The translations under genes were made by a program, and so were the position numbers. From Gemmatimonadales bacterium (GTDB lineage: Bacteria > Gemmatimonadota > Gemmatimonadetes > Gemmatimonadales > GWC2-71-9), in NCBI GenBank assembly GCA_041577295.1, contig JBFGJG010000003.1, positions 1-64,000 of the forward strand: DNA of 64,000 nucleotides. The letters are read 5' to 3'. This document shows positions 1 to 9,688 of the stretch, piece after piece. How positions within the stretch are numbered: the first letter of the stretch is position 1; every line of letters begins with the position of its first letter. Under the pieces are notes generated by a model that made no database searches, was not told the DNA's origin, and worked only from the letters and a program-made list of their open reading frames with translations.

Positions 1-1532
1 CCGTCGACGGCGAGCCGGCCATTCACGAACACAAACACCACTCCTTCGGCTAGCTGGTGGGGCTTTTGATACGTGGCTCGGTCTCTGAGACGTTCCAGAT
101 CGAACACAACGATGTCGGCGAACGCACCAGGCCGGATGACGCCACGACCCGTGACACGAAAGACCGTCGCCGGCAGGGCGGTCATGCTCCGAATCGCCGT
201 CCCGAGATCCACAACTTCCCGTTCGAGAACGTAGCGGCGGATCTTGCGAGGGAATGTGCCATAGCTCCTCGGATGCGGCACCCCTTCCCCAAAGGGCACG
301 AGGTCACCATCAGAGGACGTCATGGTCCACGGCTGAACCATGAGCGTCTCGACGTCACTTTCCTTCATGTTGAACGACACGACCCCAGCTCCACCGGCCG
401 TGAGCAGGTCGATTGCGAGATCGACCGGAGCCATGCCCCGTTCATCCGCCACGTCTTGGAGCGTGCGGCCCTCGATGGACGGATCAGCCTCATGTCGCCG
501 GAACTGGAGCGTAGCGGCCCCGCCACGCCGGTCCAGATTCTCCAGCATGTCCCGGCGTAGGCGTGCATGCAGAATCGGGTCGGCGATGCGCGACCGAAGA
601 GAGTCGTCGCCACCGACCAGAGCCCACCGAGGAACCAGCGCCCCCGATAGTCCGGTGGCCGATGCCTCGTAGGGATACTGGTCGGCCCACACCTCCACCC
701 CTTCCGCGCGGGCACGTTCGATCCGCTCCACCAACGCCTGCGCGTACCCCCACACGCGGGGACCGAGGGCCTTGATGTGGGTGACGACACCTGGGAGACC
801 AGCGTCGCGCGCGATCCGAATCACTTCGTCCACGGCCGGCACCACACCGATGTTGTAGTCCGCTTCGTCACGAATGTGGCTCGTGTACACTCCGCCGTAG
901 GCCGCGGCTACCTTCGCGAGCTCGATTACCTCATCGGTTTCGGCGTAGCTGCCCGGTGCGTAATACAACCCGGAAGACAAACCAAACGCGCCGCGCTCCA
1001 TCCCCGCTCGCACGAGCGCTTTCATGCGCTCCAGCTCCTCGTTCGTGGGCACACGATCGTGCATGCCGATCACGGCGCGCCGAATCGATCCATGCGGCAC
1101 CAACGGCGCGACGTTGACGCCCAGGCCATCGGCCAAGAGCTGTGTTCGTTGACGATCGATGTCCGTTGGCCCACCACCGTCGGGATTCACGAAGACCGTC
1201 GTAATCCCCTGCGCAAGCAACGGTTGTCCATGACTGAGTCCAGGAGTCGCCAAACCGTCACCCGCATGGGAGTGGACGTCGATGAAGCCCGGCGCGACGT
1301 AGAGACCGCTGATGTCGATCGTGCGATCGGCTCGCGCTCCCGTGAGATCGCCCACCGTGACGATCCGATCTCCTGCAATCCCGACATCCGCGCGGTACCA
1401 CGGATTTCCGCTGCCATCCAGAACGCGACCGCCACGCAAGACCACGTCATACACCCGCTCCTGCGCGACAGCGGTCCACGGAAGAGCCACGAACACCAAG
1501 CCGATCAACCCAGTACGGAATCGTGTCAGCAC
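1..1532 (-). CDS. N-acyl-D-amino-acid deacylase (D-aminoacylase family amidohydrolase), secreted; 3' end runs off the window
   Basis: Manual translation (absent from the ORF track because there is no stop in the window): GTG at 1532 after GGAG, signal peptide, then YDVVLRGGRVLDGSG...ADVGIAGDRI...APGFIDVHSH, QGITTVFVNPDGG, YTSHIRDE and C-terminal RATYQKPHQLAEGVVFVFVNG. Confidence 0.88.
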   Translation of the reverse strand, partial: MLTRFRTGLIGLVFVALPWTAVAQERVYDVVLRGGRVLDGSGNPWYRADVGIAGDRIVTVGDLTGARADRTIDISGLYVAPGFIDVHSHAGDGLATPGLSHGQPLLAQGITTVFVNPDGGGPTDIDRQRTQLLADGLGVNVAPLVPHGSIRRAVIGMHDRVPTNEELERMKALVRAGMERGAFGLSSGLYYAPGSYAETDEVIELAKVAAAYGGVYTSHIRDEADYNIGVVPAVDEVIRIARDAGLPGVVTHIKALGPRVWGYAQALVERIERARAEGVEVWADQYPYEASATGLSGALVPRWALVGGDDSLRSRIADPILHARLRRDMLENLDRRGGAATLQFRRHEADPSIEGRTLQDVADERGMAPVDLAIDLLTAGGAGVVSFNMKESDVETLMVQPWTMTSSDGDLVPFGEGVPHPRSYGTFPRKIRRYVLEREVVDLGTAIRSMTALPATVFRVTGRGVIRPGAFADIVVFDLERLRDRATYQKPHQLAEGVVFVFVNGRLAVD

Positions 1533-1553
1533 GTGGCGCTCCCAAAACAGGTT

Positions 1554-1595
1554 ATCCCTCCTCCCTCCCTCTTCCTTACTACTCACTCCTCACTG
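1554..1595. repeat. Degenerate 7-bp tandem repeat (CTCMCTC-like, ~6 units), mostly intergenic
   Basis: Units atccctc/ctccctc/cctcttc/cttacta/ctcactc/ctcactg; the last overlaps the ggt stop codon. Confidence 0.5.
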
Positions 1596-3227
1596 CCTCT
1601 CCACTCCCCGGGCGCCCCCACTCCAGCGGGGATCGGCGACGCCAATGAACCCGCCGCGCTCCGGATCGACTTCGATGGCGTAGAGCCGCGCGAAGTACGC
1701 GGCGAACGATCGCGCTTCGACATTGAAACCAAAGTCGCGCAGGCCGGTCAACTCCTCTGCGGTCCATGATGCGCCTGGCCGGTTCTCGACGATCAACTGG
1801 TTGGTCGTTGGGTGAAATCGGGGTCCGGCCATGGCGTCCGCGAGCGAGGGATTGTCGTCAACGAGCCGGCTCACCACTTGGACGATGGAGGAGATGATGC
1901 GTCGTGCGCCGGCTGCCCCGAGTACCCAACGTGGCTGACCGTTTCGTGTGACGATCATGGGTGACTGCGACGAAAACGGGCGCGCGCCGGGCGGCTGCGG
2001 TGCCAGATACCCAAGCGTCGACGCGTACACGAACCCCAAGCCTGGTGCGGCCACCCTGGACCCCATGGTGGGGCCGATCGACTGAGTGAGCGCCACGAAG
2101 ACGCCTTGCCCGTCCGCTACCGAAACGTGCGTCGTGTGCGCGGGCTCCCAGTCAAAAGGGCTCGCATTCGCCACCTGGAGTGCGGCGACCGACGCAGGAT
2201 CCTCGATCGCGGCTGCGCGTTCTGACGCCCACGATTTCGATAGGATGGTCTCCGCCGCTTCCCTCGTGCGGTCCTCGAAGCTCAGGAGCAACGCTTGTGC
2301 GGTCAGCGCAACCCACTCGGCTCCGCCAACGCGACTCTCGAGCTCGAAGTTCTCGAGGATCTGCAGGGCCTCGATGGTCGTGGCACCGGACGCGGGCAGA
2401 TACGTCCCGACCAGATCGAACCCCCGATAGCTACCGCGCACCACCCGCGCCGGTTTGGCCTCGTACTGCGCAAGATCGCTCCGGGTGACGAGGCCACCGT
2501 GGCGTTTCATGTCGGCGGCGATGCTGTCCGCGATCCATCCTCTATAGAAGACCGTCGCCCCACTGTCTGCAATCGCGCGGAGCGCGCGGCCGAGATCCGC
2601 CTGAACGAAACGCTCACCTCCAGCGTGTGGCGTGCCGTCCGGCTTGAGAAAGTAGCGCCGCGAGCCCTCAAACTCGGCCAGTTGATCCGCCACCCCGGCA
2701 ATTCGCTCCGCCTCCTCGGCGGGAAGGGTGAATCCCCCCTCTGCAAGACGGATTGCGGGGGCGAGAATCTCAGATAGCGACCGGGTTCCGTAGCGCTCGA
2801 GCGCGAGCGCGAGTGCCGCCACGGTACCCGGGGTCGCGATGGTCTGATAGCCACGAGACGGGTGATCGCTGGGCGGATGTGCCGGGTCGAACGCGCGAGA
2901 GATCTCGGTCGTACCATCGATGCCGAGGAAATCACCGTCCGGCGTGCGCAACAGGATTTGCGTGCGTCCACCCAGCCCGGACATGCTCGGCTCGACCACG
3001 GAAAGCGCGAACGCGGACGCCACCGCGGCATCGATAGCATTCCCTCCGGATTCCAAAACGGCCGCACCCACACCGGTGGCGAGCGTCGAGGCGGTGACCA
3101 CCATGCCGTGTGATGACATGGCGAGCTGCCCCGGGCCGTACGCCGGATGATGTGCGGTCTGGGCGTCGGGGGCGCACGCCGGTATCCCGAGCAGGATGAG
3201 TGCGACGATGGAGTGTTTGGCTTTCAT
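1590..3227 (-). CDS. ggt: Gamma-glutamyltransferase family protein (exported, probable lipoprotein)
   Basis: GGNAIDAAVA, EPSMSGLGG, PGTVA, autocleavage site HTTHVSVAD, LGAAGARRI, C-terminal GVADPR. Start moved to ATG 3227 (MKAKHSIVALILLGIPAC). Confidence 0.9.
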   Translation of the reverse strand: MKAKHSIVALILLGIPACAPDAQTAHHPAYGPGQLAMSSHGMVVTASTLATGVGAAVLESGGNAIDAAVASAFALSVVEPSMSGLGGRTQILLRTPDGDFLGIDGTTEISRAFDPAHPPSDHPSRGYQTIATPGTVAALALALERYGTRSLSEILAPAIRLAEGGFTLPAEEAERIAGVADQLAEFEGSRRYFLKPDGTPHAGGERFVQADLGRALRAIADSGATVFYRGWIADSIAADMKRHGGLVTRSDLAQYEAKPARVVRGSYRGFDLVGTYLPASGATTIEALQILENFELESRVGGAEWVALTAQALLLSFEDRTREAAETILSKSWASERAAAIEDPASVAALQVANASPFDWEPAHTTHVSVADGQGVFVALTQSIGPTMGSRVAAPGLGFVYASTLGYLAPQPPGARPFSSQSPMIVTRNGQPRWVLGAAGARRIISSIVQVVSRLVDDNPSLADAMAGPRFHPTTNQLIVENRPGASWTAEELTGLRDFGFNVEARSFAAYFARLYAIEVDPERGGFIGVADPRWSGGARGVERQ

Positions 3228-3414
3228 TTTCCCACCGCACAATACGTGTCGGGGTATGTATAGCACGCCTCACCGCGGTGCAATCGCCCGAGGTCGAGCA
3301 AGGCCGAATACGGCCCTCGAAAGGCGGTTCAGCAGCGGTTCAACAAAGGAACCACGGCCATCCGGCTCTCGTTATCGTAAGACCAAGGTGCATCTCAACT
3401 CACGAGAGGTTGCA

Positions 3415-4482
3415 TTGGCAAGATCAATCGTGCTCGCCCTCCTCGCGTGGACGATATCGCTCGCCGCCTGCTCTGATGGCGGGATCAGTCCCGGTGGGTT
3501 CAATCTTCAATGCAACATCGACACGGACCGCTTCTTCGACGGTGGGCCCGGACGAGACGGCATCCCGTCACTGAGCCACCCAACGATTCTCACCGCGGCC
3601 GACGCGACGTTCATGGACGACACGATGCGCGTGATCGGCGTCGAGATCGATGGCGAAGCCCGCGCGTACCCACTGTTCATCTTGTGGTGGCACGAGATCA
3701 TCAACGACACGCTTGCAAACCGCCCCATCCTGGTGAGCTACTGTCCGCTCACGGGATCGGGGCTCGGGTTCCACGCCAGTGTCGCTGGACTCTCGAGACG
3801 GTTTGGAGTATCTGGACTACTCTTCGAGAACAACCTGGTCATGTTCGATCGCGAGACTGAAAGCCTGTGGATCCAACTGCTGATGGGCTCGCAGTGCGGC
3901 ACGTCACGCGGCGAGATGCTCGATCGGATTCCCGTGTTTGAGACGACATGGGAACACTGGCGAATGCTTCATCCGCAAACGACGGTGGTGAGCGAGGAGA
4001 CCGGCTTCAGCCGCAACTACGGGGCGTACCCATACGAAGACTATGACGATATCGGAAATCCCGTGTTGTTCTTTCCTTCGTCCCCCTTCAGCACCGCTCG
4101 GCCCACAAAGGAGCCCATCCTCGGTATCCGTGAAGCCGGCGGCGCCGCAGCGTACCCTTCAGGAATCCTAGCCGATCTGGGTGACGCGGTCGCGATCAAC
4201 GATGAAGTGGCCGCCAGACCGGTGCTCGTCACGTATGTGCGAGAGTACAACGCCGCGCGGGCATTCGACCGTCGTGTCGACGGACAAACGCTGAACTTCG
4301 CGGTGACCGGTTCGACGTCGTTCACGCTTACCGATGCGGAGACCGGATCGACGTGGAACCAACTTGGCATCGCTACTGACGGACCACTGGCCGGCAACCA
4401 ACTCCAGCCCCTCGCCGATGCGTGGACGATCTTCTGGTTTTCGTGGTCGGTGTTCTATCCCGAGACGAGGTTATACCAGTAG
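3415..4482 (+). CDS. DUF3179-domain lipoprotein
   Basis: GGPGRDGIPSL, ARAYPL..L.WHEIINDT, SYCPLTGSG, FGVSGLLFENNLVMFDRETESLW; lipobox LAAC; TTG 3415 follows GAGAGG. Confidence 0.85.
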   Translation: MARSIVLALLAWTISLAACSDGGISPGGFNLQCNIDTDRFFDGGPGRDGIPSLSHPTILTAADATFMDDTMRVIGVEIDGEARAYPLFILWWHEIINDTLANRPILVSYCPLTGSGLGFHASVAGLSRRFGVSGLLFENNLVMFDRETESLWIQLLMGSQCGTSRGEMLDRIPVFETTWEHWRMLHPQTTVVSEETGFSRNYGAYPYEDYDDIGNPVLFFPSSPFSTARPTKEPILGIREAGGAAAYPSGILADLGDAVAINDEVAARPVLVTYVREYNAARAFDRRVDGQTLNFAVTGSTSFTLTDAETGSTWNQLGIATDGPLAGNQLQPLADAWTIFWFSWSVFYPETRLYQ

Positions 4483-4641
4483 GGAAGAACTGGAAGGAAA
4501 CGCCGAGCGAGGCAATGAGCTGAGCTCGAATCCGATTCAGACGTCCCGTCCAAGGCCGAGGACGCGCGCTGCCGGGGTGCGATGGGCCGATCCCGGTTTC
4601 CGGCGGCGTAACTGACTATCTCACTTAGAGTTGTCGAGTCT

Positions 4642-4977
4642 GGACCTCAGCCAAGTTGGCTTGACTTAGGCCCAAGTCGTGCCAACTCAGGCCCAAGTCG
4701 ACGCAAATCGGGTCCAAGTCGCCTCGACTCGGGCCCGATTCGCCTTATCTGAGACCTCGGGGGTGGTGTCTGAGGCCTGAGATGTGCTAGCTCGGGCCCA
4801 AGTCGCCTCAACTGAGGCCCCAGAGCACCCGATTCAGAGCCAAGTTGCCACGACTTTGGTCAAAGTCATGTCGACTTTGGCCTGAGTTGCCGCACCTAAG
4901 GCCTCAGACATATCGCCTGAGGTCAGAAATGCCACCCCTCGGGCCCGAGGCGAATGCATTGAGGCCTGGGAGGCAAA
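4642..4977. repeat. Array of 16 degenerate 21-bp units, each a ~16-bp palindrome (consensus ~GACTYRGGCCYRAGTC) plus a 5-bp spacer
   Basis: Units align without indels from 4642 at 21-bp steps, e.g. gacttaggcccaagtcgtgcc (4663), aactcaggcccaagtcgacgc (4684), gactcgggcccgattcgcctt (4726), agctcgggcccaagtcgcctc (4789), gactttggtcaaagtcatgtc (4852), ccctcgggcccgaggcgaatg (4936). Confidence 0.9.
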
Positions 4978-5081
4978 GTCCGCCCACGACTGCAAGCGGC
5001 GAGCAGGCTAGCAGGGAGCAGAGAGAAGCTGCGCAGTTGGTTTTCCTGTTCGAACGGTTCGGCGCCAGTTAGCTTCTTCGT

Positions 5082-5510
5082 ATGCGTCGAGTGTTCGGTG
5101 GCTCCCTCCCATTCCTGGGATCGTTAACCGTCGGTCTCGCGGCGTGTTTGCTTCCATCGGAACCGAATTTCTCCCTCACGTTTCAAGTCGACCGCATCGA
5201 CACTACCCAGGCTCCGCTGCCAACCAGCGAAGTTGACGCGTCGATCCGAAGGCTAGAGGTGGCCGGCGGTTTTCAAACGCCCTGCATTGCGGCGGCAGGC
5301 GAAGTGCGGGCCAGTGTGCAGATCCAGTCGTCAGACATCTTCCTGGAGATCCGTTACGAACCCGTCCAGAGCTGTCAAACGGGCGTGGACTCATTCGCCT
5401 ACCTTGCGACGCTACGCAACGTGAATTCTGGCGCGTACCGCCTTCGCGTCACCCACGCGCTGCCTGGCGAAGAGGGCATTACGGTCTTGGATGAAGTCGT
5501 CGTGATTTGA
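5082..5510 (+). CDS. Hypothetical lipoprotein (small beta-rich domain)
   Basis: 142-aa ORF with lipobox LAAC, a Cys pair and a C-terminal GAYRLRVTH strand; TAGCTT -10-like hexamer 6 nt before the ATG. Confidence 0.7.
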   Translation: MRRVFGGSLPFLGSLTVGLAACLLPSEPNFSLTFQVDRIDTTQAPLPTSEVDASIRRLEVAGGFQTPCIAAAGEVRASVQIQSSDIFLEIRYEPVQSCQTGVDSFAYLATLRNVNSGAYRLRVTHALPGEEGITVLDEVVVI

Positions 5511-6092
5511 TCAAAACGTCAGCTTTGCACCGACGCCCACGCCCCGCCCGCGCATTGGAGTTATGAGCAGCTCAGCTCGTTGGCGCTGTTTGGCTCGGCC
5601 TCTCGCCCGTTCAACCACCGTGGTGATCGACAACTGCGCGATTGGAACACCAAAAGCTAAGGGCCCCGCGAGGTTTCGATCCCGCGAGCTGATGAAGACC
5701 AGGTAGCCCACGCCCCATATTGCTCCCGCGGTTCCGAGATCCAGCAGGAAGTCCCCGCGACGTCCATTTCCGAGATGCACGCCGAGCGCTAGCCCGGTTG
5801 TTCCGGTGGCCGCACCGAGGAAGATCACCTCATCGAAGAAACAGAACGAATCCCCGCAGTCCTCTTCGATCTCGAGCGCCAACAGCGCTCCCGCAAACCA
5901 GCCCGCTGTACCCAGCCCGAGTCCGGCCAGAATGGGCCATCCAATCCAGGGCTCGTTGTCCGATGTCTCGACTTGTGAGTGGAGGTCGGTGGACACCAAC
6001 GCCGCTGCGCCGAGGTTTTGGGCGGTGCCCTGCGCCGGCGCAACGCTGAGCAACGCGGCGACGACGAGCGACGTTTTCAGATGCTCGTTCAA
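5511..6092 (-). CDS. Hypothetical exported/membrane protein
   Basis: Signal peptide (…APAQGTAQ), Gly-rich hydrophobic helices, C-terminal GVGAKLTF. Confidence 0.7.
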   Translation of the reverse strand: MNEHLKTSLVVAALLSVAPAQGTAQNLGAAALVSTDLHSQVETSDNEPWIGWPILAGLGLGTAGWFAGALLALEIEEDCGDSFCFFDEVIFLGAATGTTGLALGVHLGNGRRGDFLLDLGTAGAIWGVGYLVFISSRDRNLAGPLAFGVPIAQLSITTVVERARGRAKQRQRAELLITPMRGRGVGVGAKLTF

Positions 6093-6110
6093 GCGACGTG
6101 GGGAGGCGCT

Positions 6111-6779
6111 TTAGGGACGGCGGATGATGCCATAGGTCTGCACGGTGAGCACTTCGCCTCGCACGGGACCAACGATCCACACCCACGCCCCCGACAGGTC
6201 GCTGAGATCATCAGGGATGTTTGCCAGCCGCATCTCGCTCTCACTGATGAGCCACATCCCGTTGACGCGCAGGACGAGCTCACCCACGTGCGGTCGCTCC
6301 CCGTTCACGGAGACGATCTCGTACCGCGAAACATCGATTGCACGCGGGGGAGTCGGGGGACGGTTTGGCACCGCCGGACCCCACACGCGTACTTCGGCCC
6401 CGACGAGCTGCCCGAGCTCGGCCCGTAGCGGACCCGTCACCCCAACGCGTACCCGCGCGCCATCGACGGTGGTTTGAAGCACGACCTGCGAGAGTGGATC
6501 CGCCCCAACCACCCGTACGACGCCCTGTGCCGAGGAATCCGCGGGGGTTGTACCACGTGATGCGCGCGGCGGCGCGGCGGTGGGACGGGTCGCATCGGTG
6601 GACGGTGCGGGCTGCATGGCCGTGTCCGCGACGGTCGGTGTGGTATCGGGTGCGGTCTGCTCAGGGCGCAGCGTGTCCGCGCCCGCCCCGGTTTCAGCTA
6701 CATCCGATTCGGGGCTGCCACACGCGATAGCCAGCAACAGGGCGAGCGGCAAAAAGTGACGGTGCATCGTTTCCATCAT
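6111..6779 (-). CDS. Hypothetical lipoprotein (Pro/Thr linker + two short beta-rich repeats); paralog of 9689-10312
   Basis: Lipobox LAIAC. Start reassigned to the ATG overlapping the upstream stop (ATGA, 6776-6779). Shares GADP, GPLR.E...L.GAEVRVWG, NRPPTPPRAI with 9689-10312. Confidence 0.8.
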   Translation of the reverse strand: MMETMHRHFLPLALLLAIACGSPESDVAETGAGADTLRPEQTAPDTTPTVADTAMQPAPSTDATRPTAAPPRASRGTTPADSSAQGVVRVVGADPLSQVVLQTTVDGARVRVGVTGPLRAELGQLVGAEVRVWGPAVPNRPPTPPRAIDVSRYEIVSVNGERPHVGELVLRVNGMWLISESEMRLANIPDDLSDLSGAWVWIVGPVRGEVLTVQTYGIIRRP

Positions 6780-9445
6780 TGCTCCCGCACGATCCAGAAC
6801 TGTGGCCGTGACCCGGCGGGGAGCAGGGCGGCACCCGCACCGCGCGCGCTCACCGAGAAGGCTGGATGCCCGGCGGCCGCACTGAGCCGTGTATACGCGG
6901 TACTTCCGCCCCGTATGCTGCGGGAACCCGAAAAGGTCGTGAACGTCCGCTCGAGCGGAACTAATCGGGTACCTTCGGCGGAGACCGATGAGAAAATGTT
7001 GAACAGGTTCCAACTGGTCATCTGCACCAGTGGGTCCGCATTCGCGATGCGGTCATCGGCCCAGTGCATCGCGGCCCATTGCGAGAACACGCTGTCGAAA
7101 CCCACGCCAAGCAAGGCCTCGATGTTGTCCACCCCATCGAGATCTTTGTTCGCAACCAACCAGCCACGTGATAGGTCGGTCTCCCCGTTGGGCTGTGAGG
7201 GTCCAAATCGGTCGAGCACATACCGCTGGAACGACCAGGAGGCGCCATAGAACCAGAAGGGCTCACAGGCGGTGGTCAATTCGGGATCTCCAAACAGGGT
7301 GCACAACTCCGGAGCTGTGGCACTGTGCCCGCTCGGCGGAATCCATCCATAGTACAGTGCGAGCTGCGCGAAGCTCGGATTGTACCACGTGAAGCCGGGG
7401 TGGTTGCTATCGAGCACCTGGGAAGCGCCAATGTTCTGGCCGGGCGAGTTGCCGATGATCGCATGCCCTACCACTTCCTCCATCAGCGTCGCCTGTCCCT
7501 CGAGCTCCCAAAGATCCGGAATGAAGTTGGACACTGGGGGCTCGATGACCCGTCGCTCGAACTGAATGATGTGGGCGAACTCATGCGCGATGAGCGACGG
7601 CATCTGGCCGAGAACGCCGGCCTTGGTCCGGCCGCTCGTCCCCGCCGTGTTGCTGGGATCCGGCACGTGGGAGTAGAAAACCTCTCCGGTGTCGCTCGAC
7701 AAGCAACCACTCGGCGAGCGCGCGAACAGATCCGCCGTGGTAACGAACCCAGCCACGGCCCCGTTCCGAAGCTTGTTCACCTCGATGGTGAGCACGATGT
7801 ACACACGCTCGTTTCCATCCAGGTCTTGTGGGGGTCCGAGGTAGAGGGTGTCGACATCGTAGGTGAAGAGATCGAAGGTATCGCTGGCGGCCTGGAGCTC
7901 GGCATCGGTGAGTGCGCCGGTCGTCGGGTTCGCAATGTCCGTTACGAAAACTCCCGCATCGCCTACCGCTCGCACCACCGTGGTCACCTCGGTGAACTGC
8001 GTACAGCTGTTTGCATTGAAATTGATGTTGGGCACGCGAAACCGGATCGTATCTCCCACCACTGGCACCGCGCGGGCGGCGGCGGTTGCTGTGACACCAG
8101 ATCTGCTGCTTCCGCGCAGCAACGCATGGGATCGCGTGCGAATCAGCTCGAGGTCCTGCTGCCTCAGGTCGAGCTCCGCAGCGAGGTGGGCGCGCCGGGC
8201 GGCGAGGCGCTCCGCATCGATCAATGGCATCTGACCAACAGCCGTACTCGCCAGTTGTGGCAGCATCTGCGCCGTTACTCCGCCCGGAGACGCTGCGAGC
8301 CCCGCCGTACCCCGCAGCGTACTAAACATCTGCGCCGTCGGCGTCTCCGCCGCCGAGCCCACGCCAATGATGTACGCCTCGGCACCCGAGGCGGACGGCG
8401 GGAACTGAAAGCAGAACTCGCCCGGCGTTTGCAGCAGGCGCATCTCGCCCACAGCAAGATTCAGGAACGACGTCGGACGCACCGGGTGGTTGATGGCCGG
8501 CAAGGAAAACCCCGACTGACCAACGGACACACCGGCCATCCGGATTGGCCGACAGTCATACGTCGGCACGGTCACGGTGAGCTCGGTCGGTGTCGCGGCG
8601 ACGACCGTGGCCGCGACCCCGTCGATGGTCACGACGTTGTTGGACGGCGTCGCGTCGTCGAATCCCTCCCCAATGATCGTCGCCTGCGCTCCCTCTACGA
8701 GAGTGTCGGGGCTGATCGACGTCACGGAGAAGTTGACGGCCTGCGCCGAGAACTGGAGCGTGACCCCGGGCAAGACATCCACCCTCGCCTCGACGGTTTG
8801 CTCACCCTCAGGGTCTCCCAGCGTCCAACTGGTGGATGCCCGCCCGTTGGCGTTGGTATTGACCATCGCCGGATTCAACGTCCCACCACCGGTGAGCACC
8901 ACAAACTCCACGGGGACGTTCGACAGTCCGTTGCCAAACTGATCCGTCAGGCGCACAACCAGCGGCTGCTGCAGGGTCGCATTGCGTGGCGCCACCTGAT
9001 TGCTTCCCGACACCAGCAGGAGATCGCTCGGGGCATCCGGATCGGCCGTGGCGGAGAACGTCGCGCGAACGCTGGTGCCGCTCGCGGTGGCGGTGAGCTG
9101 CTGGTTCCCGGCGGTCGTGCCCATGGTCCACGTCGTGGACGCCTGACCGCCCGCGTCGGTGGCAGCACTGGCAGCCGCGGTCGATCCTCCCCCAGCCGTG
9201 ACCGCGAAGTTCACCGTGACCCCGGACATTGGCTGTCCAAATTGATCGTTGACCCGTACGACGATGGCCTCGGCGAGCGCCTGGTTCACCGTCCCGGTCT
9301 GCGCGTCGCCTGAGATCTTTGCGACTTGAGCGGGTCGAGGGGGTTCTGGTGGGGGTTCGCCAGGACCCGAGCCACACGCCCACGTCGCGGCAAGGCTCAA
9401 TACGAGAAAGAGCCACGGGTGGTCCCCGATGGCACGTCGATCCAT
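6776..9445 (-). CDS. Exported Zn-metallopeptidase (2 x Big_1 Ig-like + IPT/TIG + HEXXH gluzincin/M30-like domain), probable lipoprotein
   Basis: ATWAC lipobox-like; repeats SGDAQTGTV…VRVNDQFG.P.SGVTVNF…TDAGGQASTTW; ITSISPDT…IIGEGF IPT pattern; LIAHEFAHIIQ followed by WELEGQAT. Confidence 0.82.
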   Translation of the reverse strand: MDRRAIGDHPWLFLVLSLAATWACGSGPGEPPPEPPRPAQVAKISGDAQTGTVNQALAEAIVVRVNDQFGQPMSGVTVNFAVTAGGGSTAAASAATDAGGQASTTWTMGTTAGNQQLTATASGTSVRATFSATADPDAPSDLLLVSGSNQVAPRNATLQQPLVVRLTDQFGNGLSNVPVEFVVLTGGGTLNPAMVNTNANGRASTSWTLGDPEGEQTVEARVDVLPGVTLQFSAQAVNFSVTSISPDTLVEGAQATIIGEGFDDATPSNNVVTIDGVAATVVAATPTELTVTVPTYDCRPIRMAGVSVGQSGFSLPAINHPVRPTSFLNLAVGEMRLLQTPGEFCFQFPPSASGAEAYIIGVGSAAETPTAQMFSTLRGTAGLAASPGGVTAQMLPQLASTAVGQMPLIDAERLAARRAHLAAELDLRQQDLELIRTRSHALLRGSSRSGVTATAAARAVPVVGDTIRFRVPNINFNANSCTQFTEVTTVVRAVGDAGVFVTDIANPTTGALTDAELQAASDTFDLFTYDVDTLYLGPPQDLDGNERVYIVLTIEVNKLRNGAVAGFVTTADLFARSPSGCLSSDTGEVFYSHVPDPSNTAGTSGRTKAGVLGQMPSLIAHEFAHIIQFERRVIEPPVSNFIPDLWELEGQATLMEEVVGHAIIGNSPGQNIGASQVLDSNHPGFTWYNPSFAQLALYYGWIPPSGHSATAPELCTLFGDPELTTACEPFWFYGASWSFQRYVLDRFGPSQPNGETDLSRGWLVANKDLDGVDNIEALLGVGFDSVFSQWAAMHWADDRIANADPLVQMTSWNLFNIFSSVSAEGTRLVPLERTFTTFSGSRSIRGGSTAYTRLSAAAGHPAFSVSARGAGAALLPAGSRPQFWIVREQ

Positions 9446-9621
9446 CAGATTTCCTCCGGGCGTGTGGCCGCGCCACCGGTTGCCGAATGAGGGCCGCAGA
9501 TGATCCGCGGCCCCGTATCGTCAATAAAACACTCGCACCCGCAATATCGTTCAATTCGCTCGCGATCGGGAGCGTTGCGCGGAGCTAGTCTGCTCGACAG
9601 CCTGTACTGAGCCGGAAGGCC

Positions 9622-9652
9622 GAGGGGCACCGCCTTTCATGCGATGCCCCTT
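9622..9652. terminator. GC-rich stem-loop downstream of the 9689-10312 gene (possible terminator or stabiliser)
   Basis: gaggggcaccgc-ctttcat-gcgatgcccctt; weak U-tract on the transcribed strand. Confidence 0.4.
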
Positions 9653-9688
9653 CTTGCCACTTGAGTTGTGACGGTATGAGCGCTGGGA

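Noticed and set aside
57..1769. Plus-strand ORFs 57-560 and 777-1769
   Set aside because: Antisense shadows of the minus-strand D-aminoacylase.
4607..4636. Imperfect inverted repeat TAACT-N15-AGTTG flanking the array (possible recombination site)
   Set aside because: Too short and degenerate to call, and no recombinase gene is nearby.
4642..4977. CRISPR array
   Set aside because: The period is only 21 bp with 5-bp spacers, the repeats are highly degenerate, and no cas genes are in the window.
4845..5072. 75-aa ORF with Leu every 7 residues
   Set aside because: It starts mid-array at TTG without an RBS, and the same frame has stops at 4662 and 4788. Treated as a by-product of the DNA repeat.
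7325..9313. 662-aa plus-strand ORF (and similar long Arg/His-rich ORFs such as 10888-12003 and 15518-16447)
   Set aside because: Antisense shadows of high-GC genes, with no motifs.
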